Assembly: GCA_026002855.1 (NCBI GenBank)
Contig: BPGD01000001.1
Location: 1,079,972-1,143,971, forward strand
DNA length: 64,000 bases
Reading direction: 5' to 3'
Origin: Bryobacteraceae bacterium
GTDB taxonomy: Bacteria > Acidobacteriota > Terriglobia > Bryobacterales > Bryobacteraceae
The notes below the pieces were generated by a model. That model searched no databases. It saw only the letters and a program-made list of their open reading frames with translations, and was not told the DNA's origin. Below, in pieces: positions 19,885 to 29,582 of the stretch. Within the stretch, counting starts at the first letter, position 1, and each line of letters begins with the position of its first letter. A program made the position numbers and the translations under genes.

Positions 19885-21717
19885 TCAGCCCCGCACCACC
19901 GCGCCCGTCTCGCCGGCGATCGCCGCCAGGTCGAGAATGAGCCCCACGCGGCCATCGCCAAGGATCGCCCCGCCGGCAAAGCCGCGCGCCTCGCGGAAGG
20001 CCGGACCGAGGCTCTTGATCACCACCTCCTGCTTGCCAGCCAACTCGTCCACCAGCAGGCAGAACACCCGGCTGCCGCTCTCGCCCACAATCACCAGCCC
20101 CTCGCTCGCCTCGCGGCAGCGCGCCTCGATGCCGAGCCGTTCGGCCAGCCGCACCAGCGGCAGCAGCCGGCCGCGCACCATCACCATCTCGCCCTTGCCC
20201 TCCACGGTGAAGATCTGCTCGGGCTGCGCCCGGAACATTTCCCGCACGGCGAAGATCGGCACGATGAACCGCTCGCCGCCCACGGCGACAATCAGGCCGT
20301 CGATGATGGCCAGCGTCAGCGGCACCTTCAGCAGAAAGGTCGTCCCGGCGCCGCTCGTCGAGACGATCTCGATGCGGCCGCGCAGCCGGTTGATGTGCTT
20401 GCGCACCACGTCCATGCCCACGCCGCGGCCGCTGACGTCGGTGATCTGCTCGGCCGTGGAAAAGCCGGGCTCGAAGATCAGATGGTAGACCTCGTGGTCG
20501 CTCAGACGCGCCTCCGGCGCCACCAGGCCGCGCTCGACGGCCTTGCGGAAGATCCGGTCGCGGTCGAGGCCCCGGCCGTCGTCGCTGATCTCGATGACGA
20601 TCATGCCCGCCTGATGCGACGCCCGCAGCCGGATCCGCCCGGCGGCCGGCTTGCCGCGGGCCTCGCGCTCGGCCGGCGGCTCGATGCCATGATCCATGCT
20701 GTTGCGCAGCATGTGCACCAGCGGATCATGCAGCTCTTCGACGATGGTGCGGTCCAGCTCGACGTCCTCGCCGTAGAGCTCCAGCTCGGCCAGCTTGCCC
20801 GACTTGCGCGCCAGATCGCGCACAAGCCGCGTCATGCGCCGGAAGAGCTGCCCCACCGGCACCATCCGCATCGCCATTGCCGTCTTCTGTACTTCGCCGG
20901 TGACCCGCGCCAGGTTGGCCAGGTCGCGCTGGAGGCGCGGCGACTTCACCTGCCCGAGCTCAGGATTGTGGCGCAGCATCGTCTGCGCGATCACCAGCTC
21001 GCCCACCATGTCGACCAGATACTCGAGCTTCGCCGTGTCCACCTTGACAAGCGCCGCGTCGGCGCCGCCCGCCCCCGCGCGCGGTTCCGGCTTCGGCCCG
21101 GCGGCCGATGCATCGGCGGCCTCCGCGGGCTCCCGGTCCTCTTTCCGCGGCCGCTCTTCCGGCTCGTCTTCAGCCGGGCCGCCGGAAGCGGCCGCCTGCA
21201 CGCGCGCAATGAGCGCGTCCGGCGGCGGCGGCTCGGCCACCGCACGGCCCGCCGCGGCCGCTTCGATCGTGTTGAGCCACAGCGCCAGATAGTCGCCCGC
21301 GGCCAGAATCACGTCCACTGTCTGCGGCCGCAGCTCGAGCTGCCCGTTGCGCGCCAGATCGAGCAGCGTCTCGGTCTCGTGCGCCACGCGCTGGATCACC
21401 TGGTAGTCGAGAAACCCGGCCAGGCCCTTGATCGTGTGGAAGCTGCGGAAGGCCGCATGCAGCGTCTCCGGCGTGTGCGTCCCCTGCTCGATCTCGAGCA
21501 GACAGGCCTCGATCCGCGCCAGGTGCTCGCGCGCCTCCACCAGGAAGTCCTGCACGAGCTCCGCATCCTGCGCCAGAAAGTTCGGCGCCGCGGCCGCTTC
21601 CATGCTCTCCGACAGCGCCTTCAACCCGTCCTCGGGCCCTGCCGCGCCGCCCGGCCCGGCAGGACGGGCCGGCTCGCCGGCCAGCCCGCCCTGCACGTTC
21701 TCCCTTTCCTTCTCCAT
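19885..21717 (-). CDS. cheA: Chemotaxis histidine kinase CheA
   Basis: Hpt domain with FRSFHTIKG. HATPase motifs (HMLRNSMDHGIE, DDGRGLD, GRGVGMDVV). C-terminal CheW-like domain. Confidence 0.93.
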   Translation of the reverse strand: MEKERENVQGGLAGEPARPAGPGGAAGPEDGLKALSESMEAAAAPNFLAQDAELVQDFLVEAREHLARIEACLLEIEQGTHTPETLHAAFRSFHTIKGLAGFLDYQVIQRVAHETETLLDLARNGQLELRPQTVDVILAAGDYLALWLNTIEAAAAGRAVAEPPPPDALIARVQAAASGGPAEDEPEERPRKEDREPAEAADASAAGPKPEPRAGAGGADAALVKVDTAKLEYLVDMVGELVIAQTMLRHNPELGQVKSPRLQRDLANLARVTGEVQKTAMAMRMVPVGQLFRRMTRLVRDLARKSGKLAELELYGEDVELDRTIVEELHDPLVHMLRNSMDHGIEPPAEREARGKPAAGRIRLRASHQAGMIVIEISDDGRGLDRDRIFRKAVERGLVAPEARLSDHEVYHLIFEPGFSTAEQITDVSGRGVGMDVVRKHINRLRGRIEIVSTSGAGTTFLLKVPLTLAIIDGLIVAVGGERFIVPIFAVREMFRAQPEQIFTVEGKGEMVMVRGRLLPLVRLAERLGIEARCREASEGLVIVGESGSRVFCLLVDELAGKQEVVIKSLGPAFREARGFAGGAILGDGRVGLILDLAAIAGETGAVVRG

Positions 21718-21768
21718 GGCCTCTCCGCCTCGTCAAGCCGATCGTCTGGAGTCTGAGGCCCGTGCGCC

Positions 21769-23340
21769 TCAGAAGTCGCGAAAGTCCTCCTCGAGCGGGA
21801 TCTCCATCCGCGCCGCCGTCTTCACGCCCACCGGACGCGCCGCCGAAGCCGCCGCCCGCCGCGGCCGCTCGGCCGGAGATGCGGCACCGAGGCCCTCGTC
21901 CTCGCCGGCGCCGACGAGCTCGCGCAGTTTCTCGACCGCCGCCTGAAGGTGCTGCGCCTGCGCCGACATCTCCTCGCCGGCCGAAGCGCTCTCCTCGGCG
22001 CTGGCCGCGGTCGACTGCGTCACCTGCTGCATCTGCGCCACCGCCCGGGCGATCTGCTCGATGCCGCGCGCCTGCTCCTGGCTGCCCATGTGCACCTCGT
22101 TGGTCAGCACCCGGATCTTCGAGGCGTTCTCGAAGACGCGCGTGATGCAGGCCGCCACCTCGTCCAGCCGCAGCTTGCCCTCGTTGGATCGGACGATCGA
22201 TTCCTCGATCAGGTCCGAGGTGTCCTTGGCCGCCTGCGCGCAGCGCTGCGCCAGGTTGCGCACTTCGTCGGCCACCACCGCGAAGCCCATGCCCGCCTCG
22301 CCGGCCCGCGCCGCCTCCACGGCCGCGTTCAGCGCGAGGATGTTCGTCTGGAAGGCGATCTCGTCAATCACCCGGATGATGCGGCTGATCTTCTCGCTCG
22401 AGGCGTTGATCTCCTTCATCGACTCGATCATCTGGTCCAGCTTCTCGTTGGTCTCCTTCAGAAGCTGGTCCGCCTTCTCGGTCTCGCCCGCCGCCAGCGA
22501 GGCGTTTTCGGCGTTCTTCTGCGTCATCGAGTTCAGCTCCTCGGTCGAGGCCGAGGTCTGCTCGAGCGAGGCCGCCTGCTCGCTGGAGCCCTGCGCCAGC
22601 GCCTGCGCCGAGCTGGACACCTGCTGCGCCGCGCCCGCCACCTGGCGCGCGCCGTCGGCGATCTGCGCCGCAATCCGCCGCAGCATCCGGTTGGCCCCGC
22701 GCATCACCCAGAAGGCGGCCGCCGCCACCGCCGCGCCGCACAACACGAGCAGCAGCTCCAGCCACGTGGTCAGGCGCGCCTGACCCGTGGCCCAGGCGGC
22801 CGCTTCCTCCATCCGGGCGCGCTGCAACCGCACCAGATCCCCGGACGCCTTCTGCATCTGCCCGAGCAGCGGACGGAAGACAGCCGCCTCCATCCTGGTC
22901 GCCTCGTCGTAGCGCTGCGCCGTCAGGTGCCCTTCAAAGACGCGCGTCTGGCGGCTCCAGTCCTCCGTCGCCACCTTCATGCGCCCGAGCGCCTCGCGGC
23001 CCTGGGCGGTCTCAATCAGCGGCTCGAGTTCGCCAAGCGCCGCCGCAATCAGGCGGCCCGCCTCTTCCATCTGGTCCTGCGACGCACGCGCACCGGCCGC
23101 GTCGCCGGTCATGCTGGCCAGCAGCGCCCCGCGCAGCGCCGCCTGCCCGGCCGCCACCTGTTCGCTGACGCGCGTGGCCAGCTCGATCTTGCGCGTCTCG
23201 CGCAGGGCGGCGTTCTCCAGCAGCCGGCGCAGCTCCGAGATGCTGTACATCGACACGCCGCCGACCAGCAGCAGGAACCCACCCACGAGCCCGAGGCTCA
23301 GATAAATCTTGCTGCCAAGATTTTTCTTCGAAATCGACAT
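21769..23340 (-). CDS. Methyl-accepting chemotaxis protein (two TM helices, four-helix-bundle-type periplasmic domain)
   Basis: Highly conserved signalling hairpin [42 protein letters not shown]. Confidence 0.9.
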   Translation of the reverse strand: MSISKKNLGSKIYLSLGLVGGFLLLVGGVSMYSISELRRLLENAALRETRKIELATRVSEQVAAGQAALRGALLASMTGDAAGARASQDQMEEAGRLIAAALGELEPLIETAQGREALGRMKVATEDWSRQTRVFEGHLTAQRYDEATRMEAAVFRPLLGQMQKASGDLVRLQRARMEEAAAWATGQARLTTWLELLLVLCGAAVAAAAFWVMRGANRMLRRIAAQIADGARQVAGAAQQVSSSAQALAQGSSEQAASLEQTSASTEELNSMTQKNAENASLAAGETEKADQLLKETNEKLDQMIESMKEINASSEKISRIIRVIDEIAFQTNILALNAAVEAARAGEAGMGFAVVADEVRNLAQRCAQAAKDTSDLIEESIVRSNEGKLRLDEVAACITRVFENASKIRVLTNEVHMGSQEQARGIEQIARAVAQMQQVTQSTAASAEESASAGEEMSAQAQHLQAAVEKLRELVGAGEDEGLGAASPAERPRRAAASAARPVGVKTAARMEIPLEEDFRDF

Positions 23341-23406
23341 GTTCCTGTCCCTTTCCTTGCTCGCTGAAATCCGTTCTGAATCACCCTCCTGCGGCGGCTC
23401 GCCGCC

Positions 23407-23955
23407 TCAGGCCTCCGCCGGCGCCGCCTCCTCGCCCGCCGGCAGATGCTCGAGCCCGGCCAGCTCCTGCGCCGTCATCACCTGGTCGATGTCGAGCAGG
23501 ATCTTCACCCGCCCCTTCACTTTTGCAAGCCCGAGCACGTATGGCAGCTCGACGCCGTCGCCAAAGGAAGGCGTGTCCTCGATATCCTGCTCGTGGATGG
23601 TGAGCACCTCGCTGACGCCGTCGACGATGACGCCCATCAGCAGCGGGTCGCCGCCCGTGCGCCGCCGCACCTGGAGGACGACGATGCAGGTGCGCGCGGT
23701 CGCCTCCGTGTCCGGCATGCCGAACTTGCGCCGCAGGTCAACCACCGGAATCACCCTTCCGCGCAGGTTGATCACACCGCGCACGTAGTGTGGCGTCTGC
23801 GGGACTTCGGTGATCTCCTGAAGCCCCATGATCTCGCGCACCTTCAGCACCGCCACCGCGAACTCCTCGCGGCCGAGGTGGAACACCAGGTACTTGCCCT
23901 GACGGCCCGCCGCCTGCGCACGCGCCGTCTCCGCGCCTTTCACCATCTGCTCCAT
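23407..23955 (-). CDS. cheW: Chemotaxis coupling protein CheW
   Basis: YLVFHLGREEFAVAVLKVREI...VRGVINLRGRVIPVVDLR. First gene of the che operon. Confidence 0.9.
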   Translation of the reverse strand: MEQMVKGAETARAQAAGRQGKYLVFHLGREEFAVAVLKVREIMGLQEITEVPQTPHYVRGVINLRGRVIPVVDLRRKFGMPDTEATARTCIVVLQVRRRTGGDPLLMGVIVDGVSEVLTIHEQDIEDTPSFGDGVELPYVLGLAKVKGRVKILLDIDQVMTAQELAGLEHLPAGEEAAPAEA

Positions 23956-24112
23956 GTCCTTTCTGTTCGGGATTCGCGCCAGAGGCGTTCGCCTGAGGCG
24001 CGCCCAAGGCTCTTATCGGAAAGAGGGGGCGGCGGGAGAGAGAAAATGCGGTTGTGATATGCTGGCGGCGCGGCCGGAGGAGTCCGACTCCGCCGGCCCA
24101 CGAGGAGGCTCC

Positions 24113-24643
24113 ATGCGTGCTGGGATTCTGATCCCGATCCTGGCGGCCGTGGCGCTGGGCCAGCCGGCCGCCGGACCGAAAACGCACCTGAAGGTCGGCG
24201 ACACGGCGCCGGACTTCGCGCTCCGCACCACCGCCGGCGACGAATTCCGCCTGTCGGCGCACCGCGGCAAGACCGTGGTGGTCGCCTTCTTCCCGGCCGC
24301 CTTCACCGGCGGTTGAACGAAGGAGATGACGGCGTACCAGGCTGGTATCGCTGAATTTGAGAAAACGGGCGCGGTGGTGATTGGCGTCAGCACCGACAAC
24401 CTGCCCTCGCTTCGCTACTGGGCGCAGGAGGTGCTGAAATTGAGTTTTCCGCTGGCCAGCGACTTCGCCCGGCGCGAGGTGGCCCGGGCCTACGGCGTGC
24501 TGAACGAGGCGAGCGGCATCGCCAACCGCACGACGTTCGTCATCGGGCCTGACGGCCGCATCGTCCACATTGAGGAAGGTTCAGCCGCGCTCGACCCCGA
24601 AGGGGCGCTGACGGCCTGCCGCCGCACAAAGCGCGCTCCCTAG
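24113..24643 (+). CDS. Exported peroxiredoxin (AhpC/TSA-Bcp type) with predicted selenocysteine (TGA at 24314-24316, residue 68) at the peroxidatic position
   Basis: ORFs 23954..24316 and 24326..24643 are in the same frame. Read-through gives FFPAAFTGG-[TGA]-TKEM, where Cys homologues have FTxxC(T/S)xE. GAGGAGG lies 4 nt before the ATG at 24113. Signal peptide MRAGILIPILAAVALG. A hairpin follows the TGA. Confidence 0.75.
24330..24353 (+). promoter_or_regulatory. Putative bacterial SECIS hairpin
   Basis: The stem cggcgtacc/ggta(t)cgctg has 9 pairs (including one G-U) with one bulged U, and the apical loop is AGGCT (contains GG). It begins 13 nt after the in-frame TGA, so the loop lies about 23-27 nt downstream, within the range described for bacterial SECIS elements. 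Confidence 0.5.
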
Positions 24644-25203
24644 GGGACGGCGGGCGGAGTCTTGCCTCCGGGCCGGCGGCCGCCGAGCGCGGCCGCGACC
24701 GCACGGACCAGGGGCTCCTCGCAGCCTGCGGGCGTCCCGCCTTCGCACTCGATGCGCCCGCTCCAGAGGGTCTGGCCGCGGGCCACGCCAGTCAGCCGCG
24801 CGGACACCGTCCACTGGCCGCCGCGGAGTTCGAGCCGGCCCTCGAGAAGAACGCTGGCACCGAGCCGCAGCATCACATCGTCGAGCGTGAGATCACGGCC
24901 GGAAAAGGCTTTCATTGTTTCATCCGGTACAATCGCCAGTCCCGGCATCTCCGCGAGGCGGCGCCGCAGCCCGCGGCTGAATAAGTCGCCGAGGCCCGGG
25001 TCAGCCGGGCAGGAGAAGTCGGCGACAGCGAGCGTGGCAATGGGGGCCTGCGCCAGGCGGCGCATGGAGCGGGACTGCCACCAGCCGAGCAGAACGCCGG
25101 CCAGGGCCAGCGCCGCCAGCGTCATCAGGAGACGCCGGCCGCGGCCGAACGGCCCCTGGGGCCGTGGATCGCCGGGCGGCGGTGTTTGTGTGGGCATGCT
25201 CAT
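24640..25203 (-). CDS. Membrane-anchored hypothetical protein with a TolB-N-terminal-like periplasmic module
   Basis: Single TM helix (LLMTLAALALAGVLLGWW). The following segment (IATLAVADFSCPADPGLGDLFSRGL...LLEGRLELRGGQWTVSARL) resembles the TolB_N-like sensor module seen in many signalling proteins; this is from recall only. Confidence 0.45.
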   Translation of the reverse strand: MSMPTQTPPPGDPRPQGPFGRGRRLLMTLAALALAGVLLGWWQSRSMRRLAQAPIATLAVADFSCPADPGLGDLFSRGLRRRLAEMPGLAIVPDETMKAFSGRDLTLDDVMLRLGASVLLEGRLELRGGQWTVSARLTGVARGQTLWSGRIECEGGTPAGCEEPLVRAVAAALGGRRPGGKTPPAVP

Positions 25204-25222
25204 CGCGGCCTGCCGCCGCAGG

Positions 25223-25858
25223 TCAGTATCGCCACCAATAGTACGCCACCTTGAGCCATTCGTTGTAGACGCCGAGGAAGCCGTGCTCGTTCTCCCACCA
25301 GGTTTCGACCCGGTAGCGCCGGTCGGGCACGCCGAAGAAGAGGAAGCGCACGGGGCCGCGGCCGAACACGCGGCCGAAGATCATCCGGCAGCGCCGCGTG
25401 TGGATGGCGTTGGTAACGACGATGACGGAGGACGCGGGCTGGCGGGCCAGATGCTCGCGGAGGGCGCGCGCCTCGTCGAAGGTGCTGGTGACGCCCCCGG
25501 GGAAAAGGATCTCGACGATTTGGCCGCGGGGCACGCCCAGCTTTTCCAGCATGGCAATGCCGAGATCAGTGACGTTGGGCACGAGTCCCATCTCGACGGC
25601 GCGGGATGATTCACTGCGGGCAATGGCGATGCGCAGCCCGTAGCCCTGCCTCCAGAGTTCGGCCGCCGCAGGCGGACGCGTGTCGAGGTCGCCATTGAGC
25701 AGGAAGATCAGGTCGGCGCGCCGGGGCGTGTCCGTCTGGACGAGCAGCGTGCCGGCCAGCGCCATCAGGCGCCAGCGCCCCGCCCAGACGGCGCCGCACA
25801 GGATCGCCACGGCCGCGGCCGCCGCCAGCCATCGCCATCTTGCGGGCATCGTCATCAC
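25223..25858 (-). CDS. DUF218/YdcF(ElyC)-family protein
   Basis: N-terminal TM helix, then ADLIFLLNGD...VIVVTNAIHTRR, characteristic of DUF218. Confidence 0.75.
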   Translation of the reverse strand: MMTMPARWRWLAAAAAVAILCGAVWAGRWRLMALAGTLLVQTDTPRRADLIFLLNGDLDTRPPAAAELWRQGYGLRIAIARSESSRAVEMGLVPNVTDLGIAMLEKLGVPRGQIVEILFPGGVTSTFDEARALREHLARQPASSVIVVTNAIHTRRCRMIFGRVFGRGPVRFLFFGVPDRRYRVETWWENEHGFLGVYNEWLKVAYYWWRY

Positions 25859-25897
25859 ATCAACCCCATGCCGACAGGGAGGAAGAAACGCGCCGCC

Positions 25898-26554
25898 TCA
25901 GTCTGCCGACGGTGCGCCGGCGCGCATCGCTTCCACCAGGGCGCGCAACCGAATCATTTCGTCGCGGATTTGTTCGACCGCCGCTTCGAGCGCCTCCAGC
26001 CGCTGTTCCATGCTGAGGCTGGCGGCCGGCGCGGCGGCGGCCGCTGCCGGAAGGCTGCCGCCGAACAGGTGCATCCAGCGGTATTCCTTCGTGCCGGGCT
26101 GGCGCTCCATCTGTGCCACCAGCGGCTCCGGCTCGCGCCCGGCCAGTCGCCGCAGCGTGTTCATCACCGCGTCGAGGTCCGGAAACTGGTGGAGGCGCTC
26201 GGTTCGCGTGCGCAGCTCGCCCGCCGTCTGCGGCCCGCGCAGCAGCAGCACGGTAAGCACGGCCTGTTCGCTGGGGCGAAGCGCGAGCCGTTCCACCAGC
26301 AGATGGCGGTATTTCCTGACGCGGCTGCCGGGCTCGGCCGCCGGGCGCACCCAGCCCTTCTGCTCCAGCACGTCGAGGGCGGCCAGCACGGCCGGCTCAT
26401 CGTAAGCCGTCACCGGCTCCCGGTTGGTCTTCTGGTTGCAGGCGTGGACCAGCGCGCCCAGCGAAAGCGGGTAATATTCCGGCGTGGCCAGGTCTTTTTC
26501 GGAAAGGGCCCCGAGGACGCGGATCTCCACGTCGTCCAGCCCCATGGTCGTCAT
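25898..26554 (-). CDS. DUF480 (YceH-like) winged-helix protein
   Basis: LDDVEIRVLGALSEKDLATPEYYPLSLGALVHACNQKTNREPV and LLLRGPQTAGELRTRTERL fit the YceH pattern. The start is uncertain (26554 or 26578). Confidence 0.7.
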   Translation of the reverse strand: MTTMGLDDVEIRVLGALSEKDLATPEYYPLSLGALVHACNQKTNREPVTAYDEPAVLAALDVLEQKGWVRPAAEPGSRVRKYRHLLVERLALRPSEQAVLTVLLLRGPQTAGELRTRTERLHQFPDLDAVMNTLRRLAGREPEPLVAQMERQPGTKEYRWMHLFGGSLPAAAAAAPAASLSMEQRLEALEAAVEQIRDEMIRLRALVEAMRAGAPSAD

Positions 26555-26673
26555 GATCCGGCGCCTCCTCTCTGCCATTGAAGCAGACGGCGGCCACGGC
26601 GCGCCGGAGCGGCCGCTTCCGCGCGGCCTTGCGCCGGCCGCCGTCTCCATCCGGCTACAATTGAGGTTCGCTC

Positions 26674-28872
26674 ATGCCTGGCGAGGCCTACCCGGGGGAC
26701 CTTCTCGAATCGCTCTGCCGTGACTTCGGCATCCAGCGCTCGTATTGGGACATCTGGGGGCGGCAGCACGAAGTGCCGGAGGAGACGCTGCTGCGGATCC
26801 TCGCCTCGTTGGGGCTGGATACGTCATCGCCGGAGGCGCTGGCGCGCTCGGCCGGGCAGCGGCGCCAGCAGCGCGAGCGGCGTCCGCTGGAGCCGGTCGT
26901 GGTGCTCAGCGTGAACGACGCCGGGCCGTGCGTCCCGTTGCGCGCGCCCAGAGGCAGCCGCGCCGCGCTGGCGCTGTACCTGGAAGACGGGACGGCGCAC
27001 CGCTGGGATCTGTCGGTGGAAGAGTCGCCGCAACAGGTGCGGCTGCCCGTTCCGCTGCCCGCCGGATATCACGATCTGGAGGCGGTGGTGACGCTGCCGG
27101 ACGGCAGCGAGCGCCGCGCCGCCGGCCGCGTGATCGTCACCCCGGACCGCGCCTGGCTGCCACCCGTGCTCGAGCAGGGCGGCCGCGCCGCCGGCCTTGC
27201 CATCAGCCTGTACGGCGTGCGCTCGTCGCGCAACTGGGGCGCGGGCGACTTCACCGACCTGGCCGCGATTGTCGAGTGGGCGGCGCACGAACTCGGCGCC
27301 GGTTTCATCGCGCTCAACCCGCTGCATGCCATCCACAACCGCCAGCCGTACAACACGAGCCCCTACCTGCCGCTGTCGGTCTTCCACCGGAATTTTCTCT
27401 ATCTGGACGTCGAGGCGGTGGAGGACCTGCTCCTGTGCCCGGCGGCGCGCGCGCTGGTGGCCTCGCCCGCCTTCCAGGCCGAGCTGGCCACGCTGCGGGC
27501 GGCCGAATTCGTCGAATACGAGCGCGTGGCGCGGCTCAAGAAAGGCGTGCTGAAGCTGCTGTTCCGGCGCTTCTGGCGGGAAGAATGGCAGCGCGACACG
27601 GAGCGGGCGCGGCGCTTCCGCCGCTGGATGGCGGCTCAGGGCGAGCTGCTGGACCGGTTCGCCGTCTTCTGCGCGCTCGACGAAACGCTGCACCGGCGGG
27701 ACCGCAGCGTGTGGGTCTGGACGCAGTGGGAGCCCGCCTTCCAGAACCCGGATTCGGTCGAGGTGCGCCGCTTTGCCCACGAACATTTCCGGCTGGTTCT
27801 GTTTTACAAGTACGTCCAGTGGCAGATCGACCTGCAACTGGAGAAGGTGCAGCGGCTGGCGCTGCGGCTGGGCATGCCGGTGGGGCTCTACCACGACCTG
27901 GCCCTCGCCACGGACCGCTGCGGCGCCGACCTGTGGGCGCACCGCCGCTTCTTCATCAAGGGCTGCCGCGTGGGCTCGCCGCCGGACGACTTCGCGCCCG
28001 GCGGGCAGGACTGGTCATTTCCGCCGCCCAATTCCGAGGCCCACCGCGAGGACGGCTACCGGCTCTTTACCGAGACGATCCGCCGCAATGCGCGCCACGG
28101 CGGCGCGCTCCGCATCGACCATGTGATGCGCCTCTGGCGGCTGTTCTGGATCCCCGACGGAATGCCGCCGTCGGCGGGCACCTATGTCAACGAGCGGTGG
28201 GAGGACCTGGTGCGCATTCTGGCGCTGGAGAGCGTGCGCGGGCGCTTTCTGGTGGTGGGCGAGGACCTCGGCACCGTGCCCGACGGGCTGCGCGAGGCGA
28301 TGGAGCGCTTCGGGATGCTCAGCTACCGGCTGTTTTATTTCGAGAAAGGCCCCGACGGTCTGCCGCGTCCCTGCGCCGAGTATCCCCGCACCGCGCTCGT
28401 GTCCTCCACCACGCATGACCTGCCGACGCTGGCCGGCTTCTGGGCGGGCCGCGACATCGAGGTGCGCCGCGAGGCGGGCATCCTGAACGATCACGCTCAA
28501 TACGAGCAGCAGAGGCAGCAGCGCACGGAAGAAAAGCGGCGGATGATCGAGGCGCTCGTCCGTGACGGATTTCTGCCGGCCGATTTCCCGCGCGAGGCGG
28601 CCTTGTGGAGCGAGCTGACCGGCGAGCTGCACAACGCCATCATCGGCTACCTGATGATGACTCCCGCCATGCTGATGCTGCTCAACCAGGAGGACCTGAC
28701 CAAGGAAACCGAGCAGCAGAACCTGCCCGGCACCACCTGGGAATACCCCAACTGGCGCCGCAAGATGCTCTACACCGCCGAGGAGCTGCGCACCTCGCCG
28801 AAGGTGCGCGACTTCACCCGCATGATGCGCGCCTGGATGGAGCGCAGCGGGCGGCTCAGCGCAACGCGCTGA
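26674..28872 (+). CDS. malQ: 4-alpha-glucanotransferase (amylomaltase, GH77) with a long N-terminal domain
   Basis: GH77 motifs are present: NPLH, SPYLPLS, LRIDHVMRLWRLFWIP, VGEDLGTVP, TTHDLPTL. Confidence 0.9.
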   Translation: MPGEAYPGDLLESLCRDFGIQRSYWDIWGRQHEVPEETLLRILASLGLDTSSPEALARSAGQRRQQRERRPLEPVVVLSVNDAGPCVPLRAPRGSRAALALYLEDGTAHRWDLSVEESPQQVRLPVPLPAGYHDLEAVVTLPDGSERRAAGRVIVTPDRAWLPPVLEQGGRAAGLAISLYGVRSSRNWGAGDFTDLAAIVEWAAHELGAGFIALNPLHAIHNRQPYNTSPYLPLSVFHRNFLYLDVEAVEDLLLCPAARALVASPAFQAELATLRAAEFVEYERVARLKKGVLKLLFRRFWREEWQRDTERARRFRRWMAAQGELLDRFAVFCALDETLHRRDRSVWVWTQWEPAFQNPDSVEVRRFAHEHFRLVLFYKYVQWQIDLQLEKVQRLALRLGMPVGLYHDLALATDRCGADLWAHRRFFIKGCRVGSPPDDFAPGGQDWSFPPPNSEAHREDGYRLFTETIRRNARHGGALRIDHVMRLWRLFWIPDGMPPSAGTYVNERWEDLVRILALESVRGRFLVVGEDLGTVPDGLREAMERFGMLSYRLFYFEKGPDGLPRPCAEYPRTALVSSTTHDLPTLAGFWAGRDIEVRREAGILNDHAQYEQQRQQRTEEKRRMIEALVRDGFLPADFPREAALWSELTGELHNAIIGYLMMTPAMLMLLNQEDLTKETEQQNLPGTTWEYPNWRRKMLYTAEELRTSPKVRDFTRMMRAWMERSGRLSATR

Positions 28873-29506
28873 AGGGAAGGTCGAGGACCGGGTAGCGCTG
28901 CCAGTCGCGGTAGTCGAAGTGCCACCATTCGTACTCGTAGACGGTGAAACCTTCGGCCTCCATGGCGCGGCGCAGCAGGTCGCGCAGGCGGCGCGCGCGA
29001 CGCGGTCCGCCGCGGTAGGACGGCCAGGCGCGTTCGGTCATTTCGTCGTATTCGCTCGGCATCCGGACGGGCCGGCCGGTGCGCAGCTCATAGAGCGAGA
29101 CGTCGACGGCGCAGCCGCGGTTGTGGCGCGAGCCTTTCGCCGGGTCGGCCACGTATTGCTTCCTGTCGTCGGGCGTGGCGTCCCAGAACAGTTTGGTGAC
29201 GCTCCACGGGCGGTAGGCGTCGAAAACAACAATTCCATAGCCTTTTGTTTTCACCCGCCGGTGCGCCCGCGCCAGCGCCTCGGCCGCCGGCCGCTGAAGG
29301 AACGCACGAGCTTCGCCGTAGACCGGCCGGCCGAGGAAATTGCGGCTGGTGGCGTATCGGATGTCCAGCCGGATGGTGGGATCGAGCCTGACGATCTCCA
29401 CCAGGTCCGGCACGGCCGTGGCCCCAGGATCTACAGGCGGCTGGACCGCGGCGAGCAGGAGCGCCACGAGCAGGACCATCACTCCAAGTGTACGCGGCGC
29501 CGCCAC
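28856..29506 (-). CDS. D-alanyl-D-alanine dipeptidase (VanX/DdpX, peptidase M15D), exported
   Basis: FDAYRPWSV, SRHNRGCAVDVSL and EWWHFDY motifs. GTG at 29506 gives a plausible signal peptide (VAAPRTLGVMVLLVALLLAAV). Other in-frame starts lie at 29596, 29584 and 29479. Confidence 0.8.
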   Translation of the reverse strand: MAAPRTLGVMVLLVALLLAAVQPPVDPGATAVPDLVEIVRLDPTIRLDIRYATSRNFLGRPVYGEARAFLQRPAAEALARAHRRVKTKGYGIVVFDAYRPWSVTKLFWDATPDDRKQYVADPAKGSRHNRGCAVDVSLYELRTGRPVRMPSEYDEMTERAWPSYRGGPRRARRLRDLLRRAMEAEGFTVYEYEWWHFDYRDWQRYPVLDLPFSALR

Positions 29507-29582
29507 GCCGGCAGCCGAGATAGACTGGACGGTTTCGGCGCCGGAAGCGGTAGTCCGCCTGGCGCCGGAGGGGACGGGCGTC

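Noticed and set aside
24051-24063. Extended -10-like element (TGaTATGCT) upstream of the Sec-peroxiredoxin
   Set aside because: There is no matching -35 element, and the promoter consensus for this lineage is unknown. The evidence is too weak to annotate.
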